Shown: piece by piece, positions 28,441 through 38,244 of the stretch
Position numbering within the stretch: position 1 is the first letter of the stretch
How the letters are laid out: the number at the start of each line of letters is the position of its first letter
NCBI GenBank assembly: GCA_965116025.1
Contig: OZ220480.1
Span: 1,120,001-1,184,000 of the forward strand
From: an uncultured candidatus Porisulfidus sp.
Lineage (GTDB): Bacteria; Pseudomonadota; Gammaproteobacteria; Poriferisulfidales; Poriferisulfidaceae
Reading direction: 5' to 3'
Length of the DNA stretch: 64,000 nt
The notes under the pieces: model-generated
The model's database searches: none
Seen by the model: the letters and a program-made list of their open reading frames with translations, nothing else
Told to the model about the DNA's origin: nothing
Program-made: the position numbers and the translations under genes

Positions 28441-29033
28441 CCGGGTTCGGCCAGATACGAGCGCAACGCGGCCCGGGCGGCGTCCAGCCCCGCGCCCGTT
28501 CGGGCCGACGCCAGGCCGATCGGAAGGTCGTCGCCTCCCTCCAGCTCCCGCCGCGCGTCGGCGAGCGCGCGCAGTCCCCGGGAGCGCGACAGCTTGTCCG
28601 CCTTGCTCAGCAGAACATGCGCCGGCAGGCCGGCGGCGCCGCACCACTCTAGCAACCGCCGGTCGCCGTCCCGCAAGGGGTGGCGGACATCCATCACCAG
28701 CATCAGGCGGACCAGGCCGCGCCGACCCCGGAGATAGCCCTCCACCATGCGTCGCCAGTTGGCGCGCTCGGCCTTGGAGGCGCGCGCGAAGCCGTAGCCC
28801 GGCAGGTCCACCAGGCGGCGCGCGTCGTCCACGGCGAAAAAGTGCAGCAGGCGCGTCCGGCCCGGCGCCGCGCCGGTTCGCGCCAGCGCCCGCCGCTCGC
28901 ACAGGGCGTTGATCAGGCTGGACTTGCCGGCGTTGGAGCGCCCGGCGAACGCGACCTCCACCCCCCGGTCCGGCGGGCAGTCCTCCACACGGGGGTGGCC
29001 AGAGAGATAGACGGTCTGGCGCAAGTCCAACAT
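28398..29033 (-). CDS. yihA: Ribosome biogenesis GTPase YihA/EngB
   Basis: EVAFAGRSNAGKSSLIN, PGRTR, LVDLPGYG, SKADKL. Confidence 0.93.
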   Translation of the reverse strand: MLDLRQTVYLSGHPRVEDCPPDRGVEVAFAGRSNAGKSSLINALCERRALARTGAAPGRTRLLHFFAVDDARRLVDLPGYGFARASKAERANWRRMVEGYLRGRRGLVRLMLVMDVRHPLRDGDRRLLEWCGAAGLPAHVLLSKADKLSRSRGLRALADARRELEGGDDLPIGLASARTGAGLDAARAALRSYLAEPGARARIPATRRSAP

Positions 29034-29373
29034 CGATCCGGGGTCCCGCCCGGCGCCGGCCTTCCAAAAGCGGGCGGGCGGCGAGAGCTTCGCGTCGGGA
29101 GGGGATTGTACCGCCTGGACGATCGCGCGGCCAGATCGGTTTCCCAAGCGAGCCGCGTTGGCGAGACGGATGCCGAATCCAAGATCACGCCAGAAACCCT
29201 CGGCGCCGGCGAAGATCAGGCGGTCCGGCTTCTCGCCGACCCGCCGCGAGCCGCTCCGTCCAACGGTCTATGGATAGGTTTCGAGGCCCGCCCCCGCCCG
29301 CGCTCGGCGCGGGAGCCAGCCCCGCTCGCTCATCGTGGCGGCGCGTCCGTCCCGACGCCTTGGTCCACCACGC

Positions 29374-32300
29374 TCACCACCGGAGGGAGGCGCGCAAGGC
29401 GATCCGGCTCTCGTCGCCGGTCTCCGCCTCCAGCGCCAGCGCCAGCGTCTCGCCACGGCGGTAGCGCGTCCCCAATCGCAGCAGCGCCAACCCGGACTCC
29501 TCCACCGACAGCCCCGCGTACGGCGTCACCAGCGACGCCCACGGCCCCGACAGCCCCTGACCCACCTCCGCCTCCAGCCGCGTCCGAGCCTCCGCCTCCC
29601 CCAGCCTCGCCGACGACCCCTCCCGCGCGAACAGCCGCGCCAGCCCGCTCCCCGCGTCGCCCCGACCCAGCGACAGCCGCAGCGACGGACCCCGACCGCT
29701 CGCCTCCGGCGTCACCGACATCCGCGCGCTCGCGCTCCACTCGTCCCGATCCGCCTCGTGCGCCACCAGCGCCCGCGTCCGAAGCTCCACCGACATCCGA
29801 CCCGTCCCATCCAAGTACGACACGCTCGCCCCCAGCTCCGCCCCCGCCCCGTCCGTCGCGTCGCCCCCGTCGTAGCGCGCCCCCGCCTCCAGCGCCGGCG
29901 TCAGCCGGCCCCCGTCCTCCAAGACCCGCTCCCGCGACCCCTCCAGCGCCAGCCGAACACGGCTCGCGTCCACCGACAGCCCCTCCAGCCCGTCCTCCGC
30001 GTCCGTCCGCGCCCGCGCCAGCGAGCCCTCCCCCCGCAGCGCCAATCGCAGAACGTCTCCTCCCGCGCCCGAGCGCTCCGACAGCGTCCGCCAGCCCCCC
30101 GCCGACGCGCTCCGCGTCCGCAAGTCCGCCTCCCGCGTCGCCTGACCGTCCTCCCGCACCCGAACCTTCCCGCGCCCGTAGCTCGCGCTCGCCCACACGC
30201 TCGACCCGTCCTCCAAAAGCCACGCCACATACGGGCGCACCGACGCCAGCCGCGTCTCGTGCCGCCCCCGAACCCCGTCCGCCTCCGTGTCCAGATCGCC
30301 CTCCGCGTAGGACGCCGCCACCCCCGCCAGAACGTCCGGGCGCGCCCGGAAGTCCACCCCGGCGTGCGCCGACCACACCTCCCCGTCCCAGGACACCCCG
30401 TCCTCCGACCCGTCCAGCGACGACAGCGCCCCGCGAACCCACGCCGACGCCACCCGGCTCCCGTCCGCCCCGGTCAGCCCCGTCGCCAGCGCCATCCCGG
30501 ACAGCGCCGCCCGCCAGTCCAGCCCGGCCCCGTCCGCGCCCGCCCCCGACGCCAGCGCCGCGCCCAGGTCCAGCGCCTCCGGCTCCACCCCCGACGCCGC
30601 GAGCTCGATCCGCTGGGCGATCACCCCGGTCGCCTGCGCCACCGCCGCCGCCAGCGCCTGCGGCAGCGCCGCCGCGTTCACCCGGCTCGCCCGCGCCGCC
30701 GCCCCCAGCCGGTCGCTCACTATCCCGTCCGCCAGGGCGTCCGCCCCCACCGCGTAGCCCGTCCCCGCCAGCAGCTCGACCCGGTACGCCTCCTCCCCCT
30801 CCGACCCCTGATCTCCTGCCGTCGGGATCAGTACGATCCCCGTCATCCCCGCCTCCGCCCCGAAGTCCGCCTGGAAGTCCCGCGGGCCCAGCCCGCCCTC
30901 CACGTCCTCCGCGTCGAAGCCGCTCTCCTCCCGCGCCGACAGCCTCAGGCGAACCGTCAGCATGCCCGTCACCGCCTTGTCCGACGCCACCGTCAGCCGG
31001 ATCGCCTCCCCCTCCGCCGTCACCGACGGATCCATCGATAATTGCAGGATCGGGGTCGTCTCCGACACCGACACCGACACGGCCGACAGCGTCGCCGCGT
31101 CGTAGCCCCCGCCCGCGATCGCGTGCGTCAGCGTCACCGCCGCCTCCGCCTCCGCGTCCTCGTCCGGCGCCGCCGACACCGTCACCGTCCGCGCCGTCGA
31201 CCAGCTCGCCGCCGTGAACGTCAGGCTCGTCGGCGCCGCCGACACGTCCCCCGACGCCCCGCTCACCGACACCACCACGTCCCCCGCCTCCGGCGGCGGA
31301 ATGTGCAGAACCACCGTGTACGCCGCGCTCCCGCCCTCCACGACCGTCAGCTCCGTCGGCGCCACCGTCCCCCCGGGATCGTCCTCCGTCACCGACACCG
31401 ATACCGACCCGAACGCCACCGCGTCGTAGCCCCCGCCCGTCGCCGAGTGCGTCAGCCGCGTCGGCGGGTCCGGCATCGTGTCGTCGTCCTGCGCCGCCGA
31501 CACCGTCACCGCCTGCGCCGTCGACCAGCTCGCCGTCGTGAACGTCAGGCGCGTCGGCGTCGCCGACACGTCTCCCGACGCCCCGCCCACCGACACCGTC
31601 ACCGCCGCCGACGGCTCCGCCCCCAGAACCACCGTGTACGAGCCGCTCCCGCCCTCCGCCACCGTCAGCGCCGCCGTCGACACCGTCGCGCTCGCCGCGT
31701 CGTCGTCCTCCACCGTCACCGTCACGCTCCCCGCCGTCACGCTCCCGTAGCCCGACACCGCGTGGCTCACCGTCACCTCCTCGTCGCCCACGTCGTTGTC
31801 CTGAACACCGGACACCGACACCGTCTGGGCCATCGACCAGTTCGCCGTCGTGAACGCCAGCGACCCCGACGCCGTCGCCGCCCCCGGGTCCGAGCTCGAC
31901 GGCGCCACCGTCACGCCTCCCTCCGGCTTCGCGTTCAGCCGCACCGTGTAGGTCTTGGTTCCGTCCTCCGCCACCGTCAGCTCCGAGCGCGACAGGATCA
32001 CCCCCGGCGCCGCCGTCGGCGTCGCCTTCACCTCGTTCGACCAGACCGACCTAAGGGTCGACGCGCCACTGCCGGCACTGGCGTACAGCCGAAACGTGTA
32101 TTCCGTCCCGTTCGTCAGACCCGATACCGTCGCGCTCGTCGCGCCGCCGTCCGAGACCGTCCCGGGCGTTGTCGCGCTCGGGCCCCAGACATCCGAACTC
32201 TCCTTGTATTCGTAACCCCAGCTCGTGATCGTGAAACCCGGCAGCGCGTTCCAACTCAGCGTCACCTGGCCGTCGCCCGCCATCGCCACGAGACCGGCCG

Positions 32301-34131
32301 GCTTCGCCGGACGCCCTCCCGCCACCGTCGCCGTCGGCGTCGCCGACTCCTGGTTCGACTGTGGGCCCGCGCCAGCGGAGTTCCTCGCCCGAACCCGAAA
32401 CGTGTACTCCGCGTCGTTGTCCAGCCCCGTCACCGCGTGGCTCCGGGTCGTCGCCCCCGAGCCCGGAACGTCGGTCCATCCGCCCCAGCCGCCGCTTCCC
32501 TTCCTTTGCCGGTATTGCCAAGCCGAGATCGTCGCGTCCTCCGGGTCGGTCCAGGACAAGGTCACCCGCCCGTCGCCCGCCGTCGCGGTGAGACCTTTCG
32601 GCTTGGCGGGCTTGCTCGAGAGCGTGGGATCGACCAGCGTCCCGTCCGCTTCCACGTCGTCCCCGACCGCGTACCCCGGACCGTCCTCCAGCGCGATCCG
32701 GTAGTCCTGATTGGTCTCCGCCTCCGAATCCAGCACCGTCTCGATCATCACCGTCGCCGTCATGACCATGCTCGTCCCGAACTCCGCGACGAAGTTCCTC
32801 AGACCCAGCGCGCCCTCGATATCGGCCGCGTCGAAACTGCTGGAACCCCCCCGGGCCGCCAGCCGCAAGCGCACCGTGAGGTCGCCCGTCCGTGCCTTGT
32901 CCGACGTGATCGTCAGGCTGATATTCTCCCCCTCCGTCGCGTCAGCCGGATCGGTCAGCAGCTGCAGCGTCGGCGTCACGTCCGACACCTCCACCTCCAC
33001 GGAGTCGACGCTCAGCGAGGAGCCGTAGGCCGCGTCCCCGCTGGACGCCGCGTGCGTCAGCTCCACGTTCTCGTCGTCCGCGTTCTCGTCCGCCGCCGCC
33101 GACACCGTCACCGTCTGGGCCACGCCGTAATCGCCGGTGGTGAACGTCAAGCTCGAAGGCGAGGCCGTCACCCCATCCCCGGCCCCGCCCACCGTCACCG
33201 TCACCGCCGCCGCTGGCTTCGTGTCCAGCTTCACCGTGTACGTCCTGCTCTCGCCCTCGCCCAGCATCAGCAACGTCGGCGAGACCGTCACGCCGAGGGG
33301 CAGGGTAGCCGTCGCCTCGAAGGAACGGGGTCTCGCAAACGTGAGCCCCGCGCCGGGCAGAGTATCCGCGCGTATGACATAGAAGGTGTACGTGGCGCCG
33401 TTGGTAAGACCCGTCACGGTGTGTGTTCGAATCGCCGTACCGCCGGGAATTGGCTGATGGTCGCCGTAGGCGCCATCGCCCTCCTTCTGCCGGTACGCCC
33501 ACCGTTCGAAACCCGAGGAGCCCGTGTAGGTCCAAGCTAATGTCACCTGCCCATCGCCCGCCGTGGCGGTCAGGGGCGGGCTCGAGGTGCCGGTCGGCGT
33601 CGCCGTCTTTTCCGTGATCGCGCCCTTGACGCCGTTTTTCACGGCGCGCAGCCTGACGGTGTAAAGCAGACCAGCGTGCGCGTTCTGGATATTCAGGAAT
33701 TTAACAGTAGTGGTGAAAGTCGGGATGGAGATCCAGTCTCCATAACTGCCCGTTCCGAACTTGTACTGATATTCCCAGCCGGTGACGCCGGCTATTTGGT
33801 TCCATCGCAATTGCACTGTATAGTCGCCCGACGTGAGGCTCAGCGTCGGCGCGGCGGGCTGTTGCTGCGCCCGCGCGTCCTGCGGCGCGAGAGCGGCGGC
33901 GAGGGTCAGCAGAAGAGTAGCGGCGCATGCCGCTGTCAGGCGTCGGGCGACCCTCCAGATGCCGCGCGCCGGCTCAGGCTCGCGCGCGGACACGAGATAT
34001 AGGGGGGGGGGGGGGGGGGGGGCGAGCGAAGCCAGAGCGCCAGCGCGCTTCCTGGCGACGATGTTCCGCATTGCGAATTCGTCCGTCATCATGCTCATGG
34101 CTTCCTGTTCGTCACGGACTTCCGTCGCCAA
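29374..34131 (-). CDS. Large autotransporter adhesin with fibronectin type III and Ig/Calx-beta-like repeats
   Basis: Signal-like segment ending AxA (DARA); four FN3 units (e.g. LTATAGDGxVTLxW); repeated VxEGxSxxYTVxL units; C-terminal barrel-like region ending in Trp. Start uncertain. Confidence 0.85.
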   Translation of the reverse strand: MATEVRDEQEAMSMMTDEFAMRNIVARKRAGALASLAPPPPPPLYLVSAREPEPARGIWRVARRLTAACAATLLLTLAAALAPQDARAQQQPAAPTLSLTSGDYTVQLRWNQIAGVTGWEYQYKFGTGSYGDWISIPTFTTTVKFLNIQNAHAGLLYTVRLRAVKNGVKGAITEKTATPTGTSSPPLTATAGDGQVTLAWTYTGSSGFERWAYRQKEGDGAYGDHQPIPGGTAIRTHTVTGLTNGATYTFYVIRADTLPGAGLTFARPRSFEATATLPLGVTVSPTLLMLGEGESRTYTVKLDTKPAAAVTVTVGGAGDGVTASPSSLTFTTGDYGVAQTVTVSAAADENADDENVELTHAASSGDAAYGSSLSVDSVEVEVSDVTPTLQLLTDPADATEGENISLTITSDKARTGDLTVRLRLAARGGSSSFDAADIEGALGLRNFVAEFGTSMVMTATVMIETVLDSEAETNQDYRIALEDGPGYAVGDDVEADGTLVDPTLSSKPAKPKGLTATAGDGRVTLSWTDPEDATISAWQYRQRKGSGGWGGWTDVPGSGATTRSHAVTGLDNDAEYTFRVRARNSAGAGPQSNQESATPTATVAGGRPAKPAGLVAMAGDGQVTLSWNALPGFTITSWGYEYKESSDVWGPSATTPGTVSDGGATSATVSGLTNGTEYTFRLYASAGSGASTLRSVWSNEVKATPTAAPGVILSRSELTVAEDGTKTYTVRLNAKPEGGVTVAPSSSDPGAATASGSLAFTTANWSMAQTVSVSGVQDNDVGDEEVTVSHAVSGYGSVTAGSVTVTVEDDDAASATVSTAALTVAEGGSGSYTVVLGAEPSAAVTVSVGGASGDVSATPTRLTFTTASWSTAQAVTVSAAQDDDTMPDPPTRLTHSATGGGYDAVAFGSVSVSVTEDDPGGTVAPTELTVVEGGSAAYTVVLHIPPPEAGDVVVSVSGASGDVSAAPTSLTFTAASWSTARTVTVSAAPDEDAEAEAAVTLTHAIAGGGYDAATLSAVSVSVSETTPILQLSMDPSVTAEGEAIRLTVASDKAVTGMLTVRLRLSAREESGFDAEDVEGGLGPRDFQADFGAEAGMTGIVLIPTAGDQGSEGEEAYRVELLAGTGYAVGADALADGIVSDRLGAAARASRVNAAALPQALAAAVAQATGVIAQRIELAASGVEPEALDLGAALASGAGADGAGLDWRAALSGMALATGLTGADGSRVASAWVRGALSSLDGSEDGVSWDGEVWSAHAGVDFRARPDVLAGVAASYAEGDLDTEADGVRGRHETRLASVRPYVAWLLEDGSSVWASASYGRGKVRVREDGQATREADLRTRSASAGGWRTLSERSGAGGDVLRLALRGEGSLARARTDAEDGLEGLSVDASRVRLALEGSRERVLEDGGRLTPALEAGARYDGGDATDGAGAELGASVSYLDGTGRMSVELRTRALVAHEADRDEWSASARMSVTPEASGRGPSLRLSLGRGDAGSGLARLFAREGSSARLGEAEARTRLEAEVGQGLSGPWASLVTPYAGLSVEESGLALLRLGTRYRRGETLALALEAETGDESRIALRASLRW
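34002..34022. repeat. G21 homopolymer (poly-C on the coding strand, Pro7)
   Basis: 21 consecutive G in the 5' part of the autotransporter ORF. Confidence 0.95.
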
Positions 34132-34387
34132 ACGCCGAGCGGCAGTCTCGCCAATGAATTGTAGCAGAATGAATCCGCTCGCCCAGGCCCTTTTTCAGGC
34201 GCCGAGGGGGGGGTCAGGGCGTGTCGTCGTGGGATGGGCGCGAGGGGTCCGCAGCAGCGCTCAGTTGACGAACTCCACGTCCTCTTTCGAGAACCGCGAC
34301 TCCACATCGCGCGCGTGGCGAACGATCTGGGCCGCAAGCCGCAGGCAGCGCCGTCGCGGCGGGTATGATGGGCGTGGGAATCGGCGC

Positions 34388-35119
34388 ATGTGGCGAAAGG
34401 CGACAGAGGAAGGGCAGGATCATATCGAATATGATCCCAAGTGGATTTCCCGAGCGTCGCCCGATCTGTTCGATCCGCGCTACCTGGAGGCGCGAGGCAT
34501 GCTGTCGAGCGTTAGCGGGGGTCGGGGCACGGTCCGACTGTTCTCTTATGAGGATAGGTTGTACGCCTTGCGGCACTACTACCGGGGCGGTTGCATGGCG
34601 CGTCCCTTGGGAGATCGCTATTTGTGGACCGGCCCGTATCGGTCGCGTCCGGCGCGTGAGGCGCGGCTTCTGCGCCATCTGGCGAGACAGGGCTTGCCCG
34701 TGCCCCACCCGGTCGCTTGGCGGGTGGTCCATGATCGCCTTGTGTATCGCGCCGACTTGATCGTCACCGGGATCGCGAGCGCTAGCTCCCTCACCGAGCG
34801 CTTGCGCGAGCGGGCCATACCGGTGGAAGCATGGGAAGACCTCGGCGCGTCGTTGCGGCGGTTTCATAACCTGCAGGTTTGGCACGCCGATCTCAATCTC
34901 GGCAACATCATGATCGATGCCAAGAGTCGGTTTTTCCTGATCGACTTCGACCGATGCCGGATTTTATCCGGAGATTTCTGGAAGCGGAGCAATCTCCGGC
35001 GCCTTCACCGGTCGTGCCTCAAGGAACGGTCGAGGAATCCAGGGTTTCGTTTCCGGGATCAGGATTTTGACGCTTTGTTGCGGGGATACGCCCGAGGGTG
35101 GGCGCGGTCCGATTTGTAG
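34388..35119 (+). CDS. kdkA: 3-deoxy-D-manno-octulosonic acid kinase
   Basis: GGRGTV, LRHYYRGG, YRADLI, WHADLNLGNI, LIDFDR. Confidence 0.92.
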   Translation: MWRKATEEGQDHIEYDPKWISRASPDLFDPRYLEARGMLSSVSGGRGTVRLFSYEDRLYALRHYYRGGCMARPLGDRYLWTGPYRSRPAREARLLRHLARQGLPVPHPVAWRVVHDRLVYRADLIVTGIASASSLTERLRERAIPVEAWEDLGASLRRFHNLQVWHADLNLGNIMIDAKSRFFLIDFDRCRILSGDFWKRSNLRRLHRSCLKERSRNPGFRFRDQDFDALLRGYARGWARSDL

Positions 35120-35316
35120 CGGGAGGACTCTGCCTGAGGTCTTGTGGGCGATTCAGTGTCGCGTCACGGGAGGCATGATGGCGAGAATCACGACGCGCTG
35201 AAGGCGCGGTTCGAGAAGCGCGGGTCAAATTCCAGCCGTTCTCGCCGGAAGCCGTCTTGGCGCCGCGGGGGTTATGGAGGAGGGAAGCGAGGCCGATTCT
35301 TTCGCCCGGTGGGCGT

Positions 35317-36567
35317 TCAGTCCAAAACGGAATGGCGGCGTAAGGCCTCGATATAGCGCGGAATCAGCTGGCCGCCCTCCCGGCTCCGCGCCCGCGCCCG
35401 CTCGCCGATCCGCTGGGCTTCCCGCGGGCGCTCGAGCCATCGGGAAAAAATCTGGCCCAGCTCATCGATGTCACGCGCTTGCCGCAGTCCGTCGCAGGCC
35501 AAGAGCTCCCGAACTTCCGCTTCGAAATGATCCGTGTGGGGCCCGACCGAGCAGGCCTTGCCGAGCATCGCGGGCTCCATCACGTTGTGCCCCCCGCGCG
35601 GAACCAGGGAGCCTCCTACGAACACGAAAGCGGCATGCCGGATCCACCACGGCGCCTCGCCCAGGGTGTTGGCGAGATAGATTTGGTCGCCGTCGCGAGG
35701 CTGCCGGTCGCGGGTGTGCAGTCCAACCCGAAAGCCGAGCTCCTCTAGCCGTTTCAGGATGTCTGGGGCGCGATCTGGATAGCGCGGCATCAGCGCCAGC
35801 AGCTGGCCTCGGGAGTCGAGCGTCTTCCAGAGTCGGGCGATCGCTTCCTCCTCGCCCTTGTGCGTGGAAACGGCCAGGACGTAAGGGCGGTGGATCGGGG
35901 CGCCGTCGGGGAGGTCGTCGACGCTCGCCGCGAGTTTGATATTCCCTAGATTCTCGATTCGCTCGGGTGACGCGCCCAAGGCGGCGAAACGCTTGGCATC
36001 CTCGTCGCCGCGCGCCAAGATGCAGCGCGGCTGGCGGGCCGCTTGGCGTAAAGCGGAGCGGAGCGGAAAAGGAGGAGTTCGCGTTCGCCGCGACAGACGG
36101 GCGTTCACCAGCGCCATGGGGATGTCCAGCCGTCGCGCGGCGCGAAAGAAATTCGGCCACAGCTCGGTCTCCAGGATCAGGATGGCCTCAGGCGCCAGAC
36201 GCTTGAGCCATCGCCGGACGACCGACGGGTGGTCGAGCGGAAAATACACGCAAGGAAGCCCGCGCATTAGCGCGCGCGCCATGCGTCGTCCGGTCGGCGT
36301 CGTGACGCTGACGAGAAGATTCCGTCCGCTTTCCCGCAACGCGCGAGCGAGGGGAAGCGCCGCGCGCACTTCGCCAACCGAGCAGCAATGCAGACAGATT
36401 CTGCCTTTCAGGTCGTTGGGCAGCTTTCGCGCGTAGCGCTGTGCCAGGTACTTCCCGCCGCCGTCGCGCGCGGCGCGCGCGAGGGTGTACAGAAGGGCGG
36501 GGAGGACGGCGGCGAAGGCCAGCGCGCGATAGATGAGAGGGACGGAGCGCCCCGGCTCTGGCTTCAA
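35317..36567 (-). CDS. waaA: Kdo transferase
   Basis: HCCSVGE, TTPTG, ETELWPN, NARLS, VGGSLVPRGGHNVMEP. Start uncertain (TTG). Confidence 0.92.
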   Translation of the reverse strand: MKPEPGRSVPLIYRALAFAAVLPALLYTLARAARDGGGKYLAQRYARKLPNDLKGRICLHCCSVGEVRAALPLARALRESGRNLLVSVTTPTGRRMARALMRGLPCVYFPLDHPSVVRRWLKRLAPEAILILETELWPNFFRAARRLDIPMALVNARLSRRTRTPPFPLRSALRQAARQPRCILARGDEDAKRFAALGASPERIENLGNIKLAASVDDLPDGAPIHRPYVLAVSTHKGEEEAIARLWKTLDSRGQLLALMPRYPDRAPDILKRLEELGFRVGLHTRDRQPRDGDQIYLANTLGEAPWWIRHAAFVFVGGSLVPRGGHNVMEPAMLGKACSVGPHTDHFEAEVRELLACDGLRQARDIDELGQIFSRWLERPREAQRIGERARARSREGGQLIPRYIEALRRHSVLD

Positions 36568-36572
36568 GGCGC

Positions 36573-37913
36573 TCAGTCGAGCAGGCCGTTGACCCACTCG
36601 ACGTCTTCCACGCTGAGCTGGCCGGTGGCGTGGCGCAGGCGCAGCGTGTCGATGATGTAGTCGTAGCGGGAGCGAGAGTAGTCCCGCTCGGCGGCGTAGA
36701 GCCGGCTGGTCGCCTGCACCACGTCGACCGTGTCGCGCGTGCCCGCCTCCAGGCCCGCTTGGTGCGCCTCCAGATCCACCCGAGCGGATTCGAGCGCGCG
36801 CTCGAACGCGCTCACCCGCGAGGTCCCGGCCGTGACGTCGCGGTAGGCGGAGCGCGCCACCCTCTCGATTTCCCGCCGCGTGGCCAAAAGCTCAGCCTGG
36901 GCCGCCTCTCGCTCGAAGATGGCTTGGCGGGTGCGGTAATACGTCGTGCCCCCCGCCAGCAGGGGGATCCTCAGTCGAAGCGAGATTCGGTCGGTTTTCT
37001 GCGTGTTCCCTCCCGGGATGAACACGCCGCCGGTGTCCGTGGAGTCCTCCAGAGACGCCATCAGGTCCAGGGTCGGCCAGTGCTTCGCCTCCTCGAAGCG
37101 CACGGAATGCTTGGCGACGCTCACCGCATGTTTCTGAATCAGGTAGTCCAGGTTGTGCAGTAGCGCCGCGTCGGCCCACTCTTGGATGTTGGCGGGTTCC
37201 GGGGCGGTCGGGCGAAGCCGCTCCGACAGGGAGGACAGGAGCTCGTGCGGGTGCGCCGTGAGCGTCGTCATGACCTCCAATTGGTTCTCCAGGTCGTTCT
37301 GGGCCTCAATCTCCCGGGCGACCGCCAGATCGTGGGACGCTTGGGTTTCCTTGACTTCGACGATCGCCGCGAGTCCGACCTCGAAGCGGGCTTTGGCTTG
37401 CTCCAGCTGCAGGGCGATGGCGTCTTTCTCCTTGCGGGAGAACAGCACGGCGTCTTGCGCGGCCAGAACGTCGAAATAAGCTTCCGCCGTCCGCATGATC
37501 AGCCACTGCCGGACCGCGTCGCGTCGCGCCAGCGCTCGGGCCGTGTTGGCCTCGGCGCGGTCCAGCTCGACATACAGGTCGTGGTGGTACAGCGTCTGCG
37601 TCAGGGTCAGCCGCTCGCGCTGGTTCGTATAGCGGTCGCGGCCGCCGCCGCGCGTCGCCGCGTAGACCCTTTGGGTCGATTGCCGAATCTCGGTGAGGTT
37701 GTACTCGAGACCGATGTGCGGCAACCAGTTCGCCCGAGCGATGTTATCTCCTTGTGCGACCGCCTGGAAGCGGGCCTCGGCGATCTGCAGCTCGGCATCG
37801 TTCTGCTGGGCGAGCAGATAGACGTCGAGCAGCTTTTCGGCGGCGTGGGCGGTCCCGGTCAGGACGCACGCGAGGACGAACGCGATGTTTCGTAGAGTTG
37901 GCATTTGGTTCAT
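36573..37913 (-). CDS. tolC: TolC family outer membrane channel
   Basis: LLDVYLLAQQND, RFEVGL, GLEAGTRDTVDV, RYDYI. Confidence 0.9.
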   Translation of the reverse strand: MNQMPTLRNIAFVLACVLTGTAHAAEKLLDVYLLAQQNDAELQIAEARFQAVAQGDNIARANWLPHIGLEYNLTEIRQSTQRVYAATRGGGRDRYTNQRERLTLTQTLYHHDLYVELDRAEANTARALARRDAVRQWLIMRTAEAYFDVLAAQDAVLFSRKEKDAIALQLEQAKARFEVGLAAIVEVKETQASHDLAVAREIEAQNDLENQLEVMTTLTAHPHELLSSLSERLRPTAPEPANIQEWADAALLHNLDYLIQKHAVSVAKHSVRFEEAKHWPTLDLMASLEDSTDTGGVFIPGGNTQKTDRISLRLRIPLLAGGTTYYRTRQAIFEREAAQAELLATRREIERVARSAYRDVTAGTSRVSAFERALESARVDLEAHQAGLEAGTRDTVDVVQATSRLYAAERDYSRSRYDYIIDTLRLRHATGQLSVEDVEWVNGLLD

Positions 37914-37918
37914 TGGTA

Positions 37919-38242
37919 TTAGTATGTGGGACAGTTCGGATCGATCTCGCGCGCCCAGGCATCGATGCCTCCGCTCAGGTTCAGCACCCGGGAGAATCGC
38001 ATGCGCCGCTCGAGAAACAGGCAGACCGAGCGGCTGCGGACGCCGTGGTGGCACAGCACCACGGTCTCCCGATCGGGGTCCAGCTCCGGCAATCGGGCCG
38101 TCAGCTCCCTCATGGGGATGCGGTGGCTGCGCGGCAGACTCGCGCGCTCGATTTCCCAGGGCTCGCGGATATCCAGAAGCAACGGTGGCGGGGCGTCCGA
38201 GTCTAAGCGTCGCCGAAGCTCGGCGGGAGAGATCTCTCGCAT
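37919..38242 (-). CDS. Rhodanese-like sulfurtransferase
   Basis: LLDIREPWE, CHHGVRS, NLSGGIDAW. Confidence 0.9.
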   Translation of the reverse strand: MREISPAELRRRLDSDAPPPLLLDIREPWEIERASLPRSHRIPMRELTARLPELDPDRETVVLCHHGVRSRSVCLFLERRMRFSRVLNLSGGIDAWAREIDPNCPTY

Positions 38243-38244
38243 GG

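Noticed and set aside
28680-33540. Very long plus-strand ORFs (845, 568 and 832 aa) rich in Pro/Arg
   Set aside because: Antisense shadows of the G-rich repetitive autotransporter; low-complexity translations with no motifs.
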